Assembly: GCA_934700895.1 (NCBI GenBank)
Contig: CAKUXV010000004.1
Location: forward strand, 75,765-139,764
Source: an uncultured Bacilli bacterium
GTDB taxonomy: Bacteria; Bacillota_I; Bacilli_A; RFN20; CAG-826
Reading direction: 5' to 3'
Length of the DNA: 64,000 nt
Positions 28,621 through 38,481 of the stretch are shown here, in pieces. A model generated the notes under the pieces. The model was not told the DNA's origin. It did not search any database and worked only from the letters and a program-made list of their open reading frames with translations. How positions within the stretch are numbered: the first letter of the stretch is position 1; each line of letters opens with the position of its first letter. Made by a program: the position numbers and the translations under genes.

Positions 28621-29931
28621 TCACTTGCCTCCTTGTGCCGCGGTCCGTTCGATCATCTTCTGGAGATAATATTCAGTCATCTCTTTGGCCGCGCGACGTT
28701 CTTCTTCAATCGAAGTACCGACGGAGCCAACGTAATGCGCGTAATTTTTGGTCGCGGCGTAATCGGTCGGGTTCTGGCAAGTGCCAGCGATTCCGAAAAA
28801 GACATTGTTGTCGTCCGCGATTTTGATGGCGGCGTTACGGTCCGTATCATCCTGAAGGGAGATGATGAAGTCAACGTTGCTATCCACGAGGGATTTGCAG
28901 CCAATCGACTGGGTGTTTTGGGACGTAATTGATTCGGTTTTGACCTCGACGTTATAGACATCGGCGAGATAGCCCGTCATGTAATCCATATAGGCTTGGA
29001 CAGTGTCGTTGACGGAGCTAGGGACGAGCAATCCAGCTTTTAAGCGACGTCCAGTACGCTTGACGTCCTGAACGTTTTCGTTGCTTTCATAAAGGGCTTT
29101 GACGGCTTCGTAATCGCTCGCGGCGAGCCAGTCAACGAGCTTTTGGGCTCCGTAGCTGTCGCTAGTTTTATCGAAGAACCGATCCAAGTTCGTCTTCATG
29201 ATGGTCGGATGGACGGTGTCGTTGAGCTCATATTGGTCAACGGCCGACATGGTTTCATATTCTTCCACCGATTTGACGGCCCAGTTGACGACGCTTAAGG
29301 ACAAGGCGGTCCCGTCCGCGTTTTTCATGGCTTTTCCGTTATCGACCGCATCGACGCAGGCCGCGAAGATCGGAGCCACGTGGGCGGTGTATTTAGTTAC
29401 CAAGTAGGAGAGGGATCCGGCTTTGAACGCGTTGTAATAGTTCGTGCAGAACCCACCCATGGTGGCGTTTTGGGTGCCAAGGCCGCTGGCTTTGATGGCA
29501 TTGGCGGCGAATTCGACGCCGTTGCAGGTCGAGATGACCGCCATCGGCTTTTGGTTCGCTAATGGTTTGTTGTACTGCAAGCCCGTATCCCAAGTTTGGT
29601 TGTTAACCATGTAGACCTTGGCATCGCTAGGCAAGTCCGAATTCGCGCGGTCGTAACTGATTTTGAATTTCTTCGCATCTTTTTCCGCTTCATAGCCCGT
29701 CACGGTGATGCCGTGATCGGCAAGAGCATCGTTCATGCCAAGCCACTTGTTCGTGAAGTGCTGGTCCTTGATGCCATAGTAGTTATAAAGAGCGAAGAAG
29801 ATCGTATTGGTCGTTCCCGCGAAAGGAACCACTGTTGCGTTTTGCTTAATGAAGAGGAACGGGGAGCAGGCCGAGGCGCAGGTGGCGCCAAGGCAAGCTA
29901 AGCCAACCATCATCAATTTGTTCTTTTTCAT
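28621..29931 (-). CDS. BMP-family (PnrA/Med-like) substrate-binding lipoprotein of a CUT2 ABC transporter
   Basis: Start trimmed to 'MKKNKLMMVGLACLGATCASACS' (signal peptide and lipobox, GGAGG ribosome-binding site upstream). A long basic-membrane-protein-type binding domain sits immediately downstream of two permeases and a tandem-NBD ATPase. Confidence 0.8.
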   Translation of the reverse strand: MKKNKLMMVGLACLGATCASACSPFLFIKQNATVVPFAGTTNTIFFALYNYYGIKDQHFTNKWLGMNDALADHGITVTGYEAEKDAKKFKISYDRANSDLPSDAKVYMVNNQTWDTGLQYNKPLANQKPMAVISTCNGVEFAANAIKASGLGTQNATMGGFCTNYYNAFKAGSLSYLVTKYTAHVAPIFAACVDAVDNGKAMKNADGTALSLSVVNWAVKSVEEYETMSAVDQYELNDTVHPTIMKTNLDRFFDKTSDSYGAQKLVDWLAASDYEAVKALYESNENVQDVKRTGRRLKAGLLVPSSVNDTVQAYMDYMTGYLADVYNVEVKTESITSQNTQSIGCKSLVDSNVDFIISLQDDTDRNAAIKIADDNNVFFGIAGTCQNPTDYAATKNYAHYVGSVGTSIEEERRAAKEMTEYYLQKMIERTAAQGGK

Positions 29932-31049
29932 TTCGCTTCTCCTCCCATTTCTTTGTATCCGAGACGCTTTTGCGTGCAGACGTAACGCACTTTCTTGACC
30001 CATTCGATGAAGCGTTGCTTATCGACCATGTAGACCAAGACCGCGAAGACGGAGAATCCGGTGATGAGGGATTGCACGTCGGCGGTGAAGCCAATCGAGG
30101 TGGCCGCGTCCATACCCGTGGTGAGCAAGGTCGTCGAGATAACGGCAAGGAGCAAGCCCACGATTTGGTTCGAATATTTGGCAAGGATGCCGCCAATGAA
30201 GATCGGCAAGAAGTTTTTGAATACGGTCGTGGAAGACCCAAGGTCCACTTTGACCTGAACGCTAGAGAGCGAGCAGGTATCCATGACTTGGTATAAGCCG
30301 ATGAGAGCGCCGGCAAGGATGAAGCAAGCAATGCAATTGGTCACTTCGTTGATACCGGTATCGACCGAAATCTTTTGATCATAGACGAGCGCGTTCTTGT
30401 TATACCCATATTTGGAATAGCAGAAGGCGAGCGACATGATGATGACGACGATTGCAAGAATCGGAAGGATAACAATCGGTTCAATGAAGAAGTTTCCGGT
30501 GATCTCGGAGTCGGTCAATTGACGGGTGGAGTTGCCGCCGACGATGACCTTGGCAATACCTTCAAACACCAAGCACATGCCAAGGGACATAACGATCGGA
30601 GGGAGCTTCAAGAAGATGAAGATCAAGGAGTTCAAGAATCCGAGGATCATGCCAAATAGCATCGTAAGGAGGAGGAAGAGGACAATGTTTTGAATCGTCG
30701 AGACGTCTCCATGGAGAACTTCCGAGGCAAGAAGCGCAGCAAGGATGCCGGTCGCGCCAAGGGAGAAGTCCATACGGCCCGAATTGAGGTTGGAGTTCAA
30801 GGCAAGGGCAGCAACGATCGTCAACGTCACGGACTTGATGAAGATCATGATGTTTTTGGTCGTAGCAGCCGAATCGCCGAATTTGACGAAGAGGGTTTCT
30901 CCCGCCGAATAGGCAAGGATCATCGCGATGAGCATGAAGATGATGGGCAAGGCGATGGAATAGAAGAGATTTCGTCCGAATTTGCGAAGGGGACGCGAAG
31001 TTGTGATGGGGTTGCGGCTATAGGTGGCCGGTTGCGTATAGGTTTTCAT
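29928..31049 (-). CDS. ABC transporter permease (CUT2/nucleoside-type)
   Basis: 373-aa polytopic membrane protein in the BMP-ABC operon; overlaps the lipoprotein gene start. Confidence 0.8.
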   Translation of the reverse strand: MKTYTQPATYSRNPITTSRPLRKFGRNLFYSIALPIIFMLIAMILAYSAGETLFVKFGDSAATTKNIMIFIKSVTLTIVAALALNSNLNSGRMDFSLGATGILAALLASEVLHGDVSTIQNIVLFLLLTMLFGMILGFLNSLIFIFLKLPPIVMSLGMCLVFEGIAKVIVGGNSTRQLTDSEITGNFFIEPIVILPILAIVVIIMSLAFCYSKYGYNKNALVYDQKISVDTGINEVTNCIACFILAGALIGLYQVMDTCSLSSVQVKVDLGSSTTVFKNFLPIFIGGILAKYSNQIVGLLLAVISTTLLTTGMDAATSIGFTADVQSLITGFSVFAVLVYMVDKQRFIEWVKKVRYVCTQKRLGYKEMGGEAK

Positions 31050-31064
31050 ATTTCCATTGCCTCC

Positions 31065-32597
31065 TTAGCGTGCCAGCATCTTGGTTCTGCTGTTGTACAT
31101 ATTGGCGAAGCTAACCACCAAGAAGATGATGCCCTTGGCCAAGTAACGGTAATCGGCGATGCCGATCGCGCGGAACAACTCATCGAGGAAGATGCAGAAG
31201 AATGCCCCAATGACGGCGCAGGAGACGCGAGAGCGCGGTCCTCCGCTGGTGGTCATGCCACCGAAGACAATGGCAATGACGACGTTTAAGCCGATCGTAT
31301 CGAGGATCGTGCCGGTCGAATAGGAGCTTCCCGATTTGCTCATTGCAAAGAGGAAGCCGCAGATGCCAAGTCCAACGCCGGAGATGGCGAAGGAGATGAT
31401 GCCGCTTTTCATGAGCGAGATGCCGTTATATTTGGCAGCCGTTTCGTTGGAGCCGATGAATTTGTTGCGGCGGCCAATCTTCGTGTAGTTGAAGATTGCC
31501 CAGAGAAGAAGGAAAAAGCATACGAGGAATCCGGCGTAGACGACCGTGGCCGTCGCGACGTTTCCGATTTTGCCTTCCCCGACCATTCCCGGGTCAATGA
31601 AGAGTTGGTTGCCCTGGGATTGGAGCATAACCGCGTGAATGGCGTTGAGGATATTCATCATCGTTAGGGTCATAACCATGACGGGGAGGTTCAGCATGTT
31701 CGCCAAAACGGCGTTGACGATGCCTAAGCCCGCGCCAAGGAGAATGGCGACGAAGAACGAGAGGAAGATGTTATGCGTCGAGTTCCAAAGAATGCCGGCA
31801 CAGGTAGCGCACATGAGGGACGCCGGACCAAGCGACATATCGAAGGAGCCGCTGGAATAGATGAAGACGGCGCCGGTAGCAACGATGGCGATGAAAACGC
31901 CGTTATTGATGACGTTGGTCATATCTCCGCCGTATCCGGTGACCGCTTTGGCGATATAGAAGGCCGCGATAAGGCAAACAAGCATCATAAACGGAATCAA
32001 ATTGATCCACATCGTCTTGTTCGAGATGAATTTCTTGAACGAGAAGGTGGAGCAGAATACGTCTAATCCGCGTTTGGCTCCTAGAATCGGAGTGTGGGTG
32101 GTGCCGCGCATCGCATGGTAAAGCGCGAAGAAGTCGTTGTAGAGATATTCAAGCAACACTTGTTCGTCTTTGACGCGAAGATCGCGGGCATTTGCTTCTT
32201 TGATCTTCGAACGTTTGGCAACGATTTGAATGCCTTTGACCGAATTTTTATATTCGACGTCATCGGCTTTGGTTTTGGTGGCCAAGCCTTGATAGGTCGA
32301 AGTTAATTCGTTGTAGGTCTTTTGGTATTCCGCGTCGATTTTGGCGCATTCATTGGCATAATCGAGGTTGATTTGCTTGATGGATTCTTTGACGATGGCA
32401 CGGAGTTCGCCCCGAAGAGATTTGAATTCGTCCTTCAAGGATTGGATGGACGAAGCGATTTCCCCCTTTTGGGTTTTGCGTTCTTCAAAAGTGAGAACGG
32501 CGCAGCGCTTAGCTTCTTCCACGATCGCCGGGGAGAAACGGAGGCCCTTGGGTGCATGGGCTTCGTAGATGACTTCGTTTTGAATGATGTTATCCAT
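31065..32597 (-). CDS. ABC transporter permease (CUT2/nucleoside-type) with a roughly 190-aa cytoplasmic coiled-coil N-terminal extension
   Basis: The first ~190 residues are hydrophilic and Lys/Glu-rich ('...SIQSLKDEFKSLRGELRAIVKESIKQINLDYANECAKIDAEYQKTY...'), followed by a canonical permease domain of about 320 aa. Confidence 0.8.
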   Translation of the reverse strand: MDNIIQNEVIYEAHAPKGLRFSPAIVEEAKRCAVLTFEERKTQKGEIASSIQSLKDEFKSLRGELRAIVKESIKQINLDYANECAKIDAEYQKTYNELTSTYQGLATKTKADDVEYKNSVKGIQIVAKRSKIKEANARDLRVKDEQVLLEYLYNDFFALYHAMRGTTHTPILGAKRGLDVFCSTFSFKKFISNKTMWINLIPFMMLVCLIAAFYIAKAVTGYGGDMTNVINNGVFIAIVATGAVFIYSSGSFDMSLGPASLMCATCAGILWNSTHNIFLSFFVAILLGAGLGIVNAVLANMLNLPVMVMTLTMMNILNAIHAVMLQSQGNQLFIDPGMVGEGKIGNVATATVVYAGFLVCFFLLLWAIFNYTKIGRRNKFIGSNETAAKYNGISLMKSGIISFAISGVGLGICGFLFAMSKSGSSYSTGTILDTIGLNVVIAIVFGGMTTSGGPRSRVSCAVIGAFFCIFLDELFRAIGIADYRYLAKGIIFLVVSFANMYNSRTKMLAR

Positions 32598-32614
32598 GAT
32601 AATTCCTCCTTTCC

Positions 32615-34696
32615 TTAAATCATGTATTTGATGATTTCTTCCTGCGATAGCTCAGGGCTACGTTGGAATTCGTGTTCGATTTTGCCATCTTTCATGATGA
32701 CGATGCGGTCGGACATGCCGATGAGTTCGGGAAGTTCTTCGGAAATCATGATGATGGATTTCCCTTCCTTCTTCATCTTGTAGAGCAATTGGTAGATGAA
32801 TTGTTTGACCCCGATGTCGACGCCACGAGTTGGGCAGTCGAGAATCAAGATTTCGGAATCGTTGGCAATCCATTTCGCGAACGACACCTTTTGCTTGTTG
32901 CCGCCCGAGAGGGTGTTGACGAGTTGCTGGGAGTCGTTGCACTTAATCTGCAAGTCGCGGATTTGCTTATGGACCAACTTCTTTTCCGGGGCCTTGAACA
33001 TGAAGAAGTTCAATTTGGCCACGTTGTTGATCGAGGCAATCGCGATGTTGTCGAAGATGCTCGCCTTGGTGGCAAGGGCTTCGACGTCGCGGTTTTTTGA
33101 GAGATAACCGATGCGATTCTTCATCGCGACGACTTCGCTGTTGATCTCTTTTTGAAGGTTTTCGCCGCTATAAACGTAACCGCCTTCGAGTTTGATCGCG
33201 CCGAAGAGGGCTTTGCCAAGGTCATGCATACCGCAGTCGGAGAGGCCGCCGATGCCAAGGATTTCGCCTTTGTGGAGTTGGAGATCGACGTGGCGGAGTT
33301 TGTTGCCGCGGATACCGTCGACCATCGAGAGAACGACTTGATCGCTGTGACTGCTGTCGTAATCGCTACGGTAGTAATCGCCTTTAAGCTCGCGGCCAAT
33401 CATGAATTTCTTGATCGCATCCGGATCGAATTCATTCTTTTCCTTGGAGAGGTTGGCAACAATGTTGCCGTCGCGGAGAACCGTCAAGGTATCGCACTTC
33501 TCCATGAGTTCATCCAAGTCATGGGAGATGAAGAGGACGGATTTCCCCGCGTCTTTAAGCTCGTTCATCTTCTTATATAAGAGGTTGCGGCCGATTTCAC
33601 TCAATGCGGTCGTCGTTTCGTCGACGATGAAGATTTCCGGGTCTTTGTTCAAGCACTTGGCAATTTCGATCAGCTTGCGGTCCTGCATGTCATAAGCGAA
33701 GGTCGGGGCACCCGGTTGAATATGAGTGACGCCGATCTTGCGGAGGGCGCGTCCGGAATATTTCTTGAGTTTCTTGCCGTTAACGAAGAGGCCGAAGAAG
33801 ACGTTCAAGAAGCCCTTGCGCATTTTCTTAAGGAAGGAAAGGGCAACGGTATCTTTGAGGGAATTTCTCGCATTGAGATAGTGGTTCTTCAAATACGTCG
33901 CATCCGTTTTGATCCATTGACGGTGCATATAGGATTCATCGTCATCGCGTTTGCGCTTCTTCTCATAGGCTTTGGTGGTCTGGGCGAGTTCGTAATTCCT
34001 GCGGCGTTCCACCAAGTTGGCATCGAGGCCTTCTTTGTTCTCCTCGTACTTTTTGCGGATTGTTTCGCAGGAAGAAGAATAGGCATCAAAAGAAGCTTGG
34101 GCAACTTTGGCAAAGCGCGCATCTTCTTCTTCCGTTTTCGCTTTGATTTCTTCTTCGTAGGCGTGCGCTAAAGCCTCATATTTGGATTGGAGGTCTTTCA
34201 GCATCGCGGGCAAGGCGGCTTTCTTGGATGCCTTGTCGCTTAATCCGGAGAGCTGCTCGCGATAAGAAGCAACGCGGGCGTCGAATTCTTGAAGTGAAAG
34301 GTCAAAAAGTGGGGAGAAGTTCTCCACCTTCTTGTCTTCGAAGAAATGTTCGCCGGAAAAGTTGTTGAGCTCGCCAAGGTAGATGTTTTCGGCGACCGAG
34401 ATGTTTCCGATCGTTCCGTTTTCCTGGACGATAATGCCGATGCCGCCGGCAAGTGCATCGACCATGGAGGCGGGCTTCCATTCTTTGCCGTGGTACTCCA
34501 TGTATCCACTGGTAGCTTCGTAGATTCCCGTCATGATGGCAGACATCGTGGATTTGCCCGAGCCGTTCTCTCCAATGAAGCCGCGGATTTCGCCGGGATA
34601 GATGGCGATATCGACGTCATTGAGAGCGATGGTCGGTCCAAATTGCTTCACGATGTGCGTAGCTTTGAATATTGGTTCTTTCATATCGTTCCTCAC
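32615..34696 (-). CDS. Tandem-NBD ABC transporter ATPase (693 aa) with a long coiled-coil insertion in the first nucleotide-binding domain
   Basis: NBD1 Walker A 'GENGSGKST' and NBD2 signature 'LSGGNKQKV' are present. A roughly 200-aa charged insertion ('...EEIKAKTEEEDARFAKVAQ...YEKKRKRDDDESYMHRQWIK...') lies between NBD1 Walker A and its Walker B 'IFIVDETTTALS'. Confidence 0.85.
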   Translation of the reverse strand: MRNDMKEPIFKATHIVKQFGPTIALNDVDIAIYPGEIRGFIGENGSGKSTMSAIMTGIYEATSGYMEYHGKEWKPASMVDALAGGIGIIVQENGTIGNISVAENIYLGELNNFSGEHFFEDKKVENFSPLFDLSLQEFDARVASYREQLSGLSDKASKKAALPAMLKDLQSKYEALAHAYEEEIKAKTEEEDARFAKVAQASFDAYSSSCETIRKKYEENKEGLDANLVERRRNYELAQTTKAYEKKRKRDDDESYMHRQWIKTDATYLKNHYLNARNSLKDTVALSFLKKMRKGFLNVFFGLFVNGKKLKKYSGRALRKIGVTHIQPGAPTFAYDMQDRKLIEIAKCLNKDPEIFIVDETTTALSEIGRNLLYKKMNELKDAGKSVLFISHDLDELMEKCDTLTVLRDGNIVANLSKEKNEFDPDAIKKFMIGRELKGDYYRSDYDSSHSDQVVLSMVDGIRGNKLRHVDLQLHKGEILGIGGLSDCGMHDLGKALFGAIKLEGGYVYSGENLQKEINSEVVAMKNRIGYLSKNRDVEALATKASIFDNIAIASINNVAKLNFFMFKAPEKKLVHKQIRDLQIKCNDSQQLVNTLSGGNKQKVSFAKWIANDSEILILDCPTRGVDIGVKQFIYQLLYKMKKEGKSIIMISEELPELIGMSDRIVIMKDGKIEHEFQRSPELSQEEIIKYMI

Positions 34697-34852
34697 GATG
34701 ACATTCTAGCAAAGCTCTTTTCAAGTCTTATCGCGTTATCTTTACTCTTTTATTTCATTTTTTTGTCTTAGGAAGAAAGGGCTTTCTTAAAAGATTCAAA
34801 AAGCCGATGTCAAAAAATTGCATACTGGAAGCGTTTACAATACAATTTTCCT

Positions 34853-37222
34853 ATGAAAAGTGAGATTACCCTTGTTAATTTTGAAAAGAAAATACCCATC
34901 AGTTTTTCTATCGTCCGTTTTGATGCAATTTTTAGACATATGCACCCCATCGCTCAACTTCTTTTGGTCCTAGAAGGGGAATGCGATATCTACATCGGTA
35001 ACAAAAGCTACCATGCAAGCAGCAACGACATGGTGGTCATCAACCCTCGGCAATTTCATCATATTCTCAGCAAAGACGGGGCAACCATCATCTCCGTTTT
35101 AATCGATGTCAAAGGGTTTACGATGGAAGATGACGGGGATGGTCTCTTCTTTAACTTGAACACGATGGAAGTGAAGAACAACCCCCGTTATAACACGATT
35201 CGATACCTGGTTTATTCGATTATCGCCTACAACACGATGGAGAACGTGAACTCCATCTACACGAACCGGGCCATCGCCTATTCCTTCTTTGCCCAACTCG
35301 TCAACGACTTCAAGATGACCTCAGAAGACAAAAATGCTTTGATGGGGGAATCGCTAGATGCAATCAACCGTATCAACACCTACGTCAACGAGCATTATAA
35401 AGATAAAATCACCCTGTCTTTCTTAAGCAAGAAATTCAATTATTCCGTTTCCTACTTATCCCGTTTATATACCTCTTCTTTTGGGGAAAGTTTCATCAAC
35501 GTCTACGATAACCTCCGCGTGAATTATTCTCTCAACGACTTACTGCAGGGGAATAAGACTATACAAGAAATCTCGGAAGAACATGGATTTGAAGAAGTCC
35601 GTAGTTACATCCGCGCGTTCAAGAAAATCCATGGGATGACGCCGAACGAATATCGAAACAAGCATCAGAAATCCACCGGTGAGAACGTTTTGATCGATAA
35701 CAAGCTCTTCCGAAAACAAGCATTAGACAAAATCTTGTCCCGTTATGAGCAATATGGCTCTCCAAGTGCCCACAAAAAAAGCGAAACGCGGGCCACCGAA
35801 ATCCTTTTGCCTTTGGATTTGAAGGCCAAACGAACGACCTTGGCCCCTTGTCATTTGATCATCGAACTTTCCGCCGCGGCGGATTTAGAAAGTGAAGAAG
35901 TCCTTTTAGCCTTGGAACAGGCTTCTCGCGACATGGGGTTCGATTATGTGATGATTCGTCATCTTCTCTGCTATAAATCCCTTTTATTGCAGCAAAACGA
36001 GAATAACCAATGGGCGGTCAATTACGTTCACTTGAATCGCATTGTACGGAAAATCCTTTCCTTCCACGCGTTGCCCTATTTGATTTTCGAATACAACGAA
36101 AGCCTCTTGTCCTCTTCCGATTTCTACGCCTTATCCACCCAAATCATCGATTACTTAAATTTAAAATATGGTTCGCTTCTCGATGAAACAATGGTTTCCT
36201 TCTCCTTCTACCGCGACAAACAAACTTACACAAACCCCGCTTCTTCTTCCTCCTTCTCTTTCTATTGCGCTTTGCTAAACGAGGCACGCAAAAGAGCACC
36301 AGCCTGGAAAATCGGAAGCCCGGTCTTTTACCGACAGGATATGGAAGAGAAGAAAGATTATTTTTCCTTCCTGCGCGCGTTAAATAATAAAGAAAAGGAA
36401 GTGGATTTCATCCCCATCCGTTACCAGTACGACTTCCCGGGCAACGCTTTATTGTCTAAGGACCGCCACGCGATGAAGCGTTTCATCGAAATGCTTAAGA
36501 ATAACCACGGCTTTCTCGAAAACAAAATGTATTTTCAGGGCATCGGCTTCACGGATTCGAATAGCTTGTTAAACGACACCCTCTACGCGTCGAGTTTCTT
36601 AATCCAAAACTACATGGAGAATCGCCAAGATTTATCTTCTTATTCCTTTGCTTCCCTCTTTGACCGTTCTTTGCTCAACGCCTATAACCCCAACCCCTAT
36701 CAAGGGATGAATGGCTTATTTACCTACAATTTTGTGAAAAAGAGTTCCTATAACGCCTATGTGTTCTTGTCGCGAATGGGCAACGAAATCCAAAAACAAT
36801 CGGATACGTATCTGCTTTCCGCCTCCTCCAACAAGATTGTCCTTCTGCTAAATAACTACAATCATTATTCCGACCTATTCGCCGACAGGGAATACTTTGA
36901 GATATCGAACCTCAACCGTTATAATTGTTTCCCCAAATCCACCAATGTGACCTACAAAATGTCGTTAAGTGGATTTAACGGCTCGGCTTATCGCATGAAA
37001 ATCTCTACCATCGGCAAGAATTCGGGATCGAGCTATGACCGGTGGTTGGAAATGGGGGGCGTTAAAACTTTAAGCGAAGAGGAAGCCGCCACCTTACGTG
37101 AATTAAGCGAAATCCATTATTCTCTGGCCGAAGACTATCTCACCTCGAATAAGTTCGATTTTGAGGTGACCGTATCGCCTTTAGAAGCCAAAATCGTGGA
37201 AATCGAATTCAAGGTTGCATAA
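34853..37222 (+). CDS. AraC/XylS-family regulator (N-terminal cupin-like sensor plus AraC HTH) fused to an uncharacterised C-terminal domain of about 500 aa
   Basis: Residues ~180-285 form a typical AraC double HTH ('...KITLSFLSKKFNYSVSYLSRLY...IQEISEEHGFEEVRSYIRAFKKIHGMTPNEYR'). The following ~500 residues have no motif I can name. Gene is divergent from the ABC operon. Confidence 0.75.
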   Translation: MKSEITLVNFEKKIPISFSIVRFDAIFRHMHPIAQLLLVLEGECDIYIGNKSYHASSNDMVVINPRQFHHILSKDGATIISVLIDVKGFTMEDDGDGLFFNLNTMEVKNNPRYNTIRYLVYSIIAYNTMENVNSIYTNRAIAYSFFAQLVNDFKMTSEDKNALMGESLDAINRINTYVNEHYKDKITLSFLSKKFNYSVSYLSRLYTSSFGESFINVYDNLRVNYSLNDLLQGNKTIQEISEEHGFEEVRSYIRAFKKIHGMTPNEYRNKHQKSTGENVLIDNKLFRKQALDKILSRYEQYGSPSAHKKSETRATEILLPLDLKAKRTTLAPCHLIIELSAAADLESEEVLLALEQASRDMGFDYVMIRHLLCYKSLLLQQNENNQWAVNYVHLNRIVRKILSFHALPYLIFEYNESLLSSSDFYALSTQIIDYLNLKYGSLLDETMVSFSFYRDKQTYTNPASSSSFSFYCALLNEARKRAPAWKIGSPVFYRQDMEEKKDYFSFLRALNNKEKEVDFIPIRYQYDFPGNALLSKDRHAMKRFIEMLKNNHGFLENKMYFQGIGFTDSNSLLNDTLYASSFLIQNYMENRQDLSSYSFASLFDRSLLNAYNPNPYQGMNGLFTYNFVKKSSYNAYVFLSRMGNEIQKQSDTYLLSASSNKIVLLLNNYNHYSDLFADREYFEISNLNRYNCFPKSTNVTYKMSLSGFNGSAYRMKISTIGKNSGSSYDRWLEMGGVKTLSEEEAATLRELSEIHYSLAEDYLTSNKFDFEVTVSPLEAKIVEIEFKVA

Positions 37223-37234
37223 AACCCACCTAGC

Positions 37235-37270
37235 AAAAAGGCTGCAGGACCTCCCTGCGGCCTTTTCGTT
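37235..37270. terminator. Bidirectional rho-independent terminator between the AraC-fusion gene and the convergent flavodiiron gene
   Basis: AAGGCTGCAGG-ACCTCC-CTGCGGCCTT hairpin flanked by AAAAA and TTTTCGTT. Confidence 0.6.
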
Positions 37271-37284
37271 CCCTAAACAAATCT

Positions 37285-38481
37285 TTATTGGCCGATTTCG
37301 GTTAACCACGCATCCAAAGCGGTTTTTCCTTCCTCATTCACCTTGAAGCACCACTTGAAGGGAGGGAGGGTTTTCATTTTTCGAGTCAATGCGAAGTCCG
37401 TGATGTTCTTGGGGCCTTCTCCACTCCAGCCATAATCACCAAAAGCAGCAAACCCCTTATTCGTAAAGAAGGGGATGGGTCTACTCAAAAGCAAATCATA
37501 GAACATGGAAATCGCGTCTCCTGCGATCGTCGGGGTGCCAAATAGAACCAAACCTGAGGTGCGAATTGCTTCTAAAATATCCGCTTTGGAAGGGGCATAA
37601 TTCAACGCGTCGATCGCGAAGAACGATACGATCTTGCCTCTTTTTTCTAATTGGGCCTTTAAATGCTCCGCCATTTCCGCGGTATAACCATAGCAAGAGG
37701 TATAGACCAAAGTGATATGATTGGCATCTAAGACAGGGAGCCATTTCTTGGCTTCTTCTTCGAAGGCATCAATGACTTTATCCGTATCTTTATCAATAAC
37801 AGGCCCATGCCCCGTAAGGATCAGGTCTAAGGACAAGGTACGGACTCTGGCCACGGCTTGAAGAGCAAAAGAAGCAAACGGGGCCATGATGCATTCAAAA
37901 TAATAATCAAAGGATTCTCGGTATTCCTTGTAGTCCTTCACCTTGGAATAAAGGATTTCATCAAAGGCATAATGGGTTCCAAAGGCGTCGCAACTGACCA
38001 AAGCTTTTTCTTCGACGATATAGGTGAATAAAACATCCGGCCAGTGGAGGAACAAACCAGAAAGAAAGCGGAGGGTATATTGTCCAATCTTTAATTCTTT
38101 CCCCGGAGCCATCGTCAAACTCTTGAACGGGAAACGGAGGATATTCTTCAAATTGTTAATTCCGGCAGGGGAAGCAATAACCATGATGTCCGGATTCTTT
38201 TGTAGAAGGGCTTCAATCGCTCCGCTATGGTCGGGTTCGGTATGCGCGACCACCAAATATTTGATGTCGTTTACTGATGTTAACGAAGAGATGTGTTCGA
38301 TGTATTCATCGGCAAAACCCGCTTTGCTGCCCTCAAACAAAACAACCCCTTCCGTTGTTTTTAATAGATAGGAGTTATACGAGGTACCGTAAGTAAGCGG
38401 CATGACGCTGTCGAATACCTTGAGACCATGATCGATACAGCCAACGTAATATAGATTTTCTTTTAGTTTTAAAGATTCCAT
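37285..38481 (-). CDS. fprA: Flavodiiron protein (FprA-type O2/NO reductase: metallo-beta-lactamase plus flavodoxin domains)
   Basis: Start trimmed to 'MESLKLKENLYYVG' (GGAGG ribosome-binding site upstream). Motif 'HTEPDHSGA' (HxExDH di-iron site) and a C-terminal flavodoxin-like domain are present. Confidence 0.85.
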   Translation of the reverse strand: MESLKLKENLYYVGCIDHGLKVFDSVMPLTYGTSYNSYLLKTTEGVVLFEGSKAGFADEYIEHISSLTSVNDIKYLVVAHTEPDHSGAIEALLQKNPDIMVIASPAGINNLKNILRFPFKSLTMAPGKELKIGQYTLRFLSGLFLHWPDVLFTYIVEEKALVSCDAFGTHYAFDEILYSKVKDYKEYRESFDYYFECIMAPFASFALQAVARVRTLSLDLILTGHGPVIDKDTDKVIDAFEEEAKKWLPVLDANHITLVYTSCYGYTAEMAEHLKAQLEKRGKIVSFFAIDALNYAPSKADILEAIRTSGLVLFGTPTIAGDAISMFYDLLLSRPIPFFTNKGFAAFGDYGWSGEGPKNITDFALTRKMKTLPPFKWCFKVNEEGKTALDAWLTEIGQ

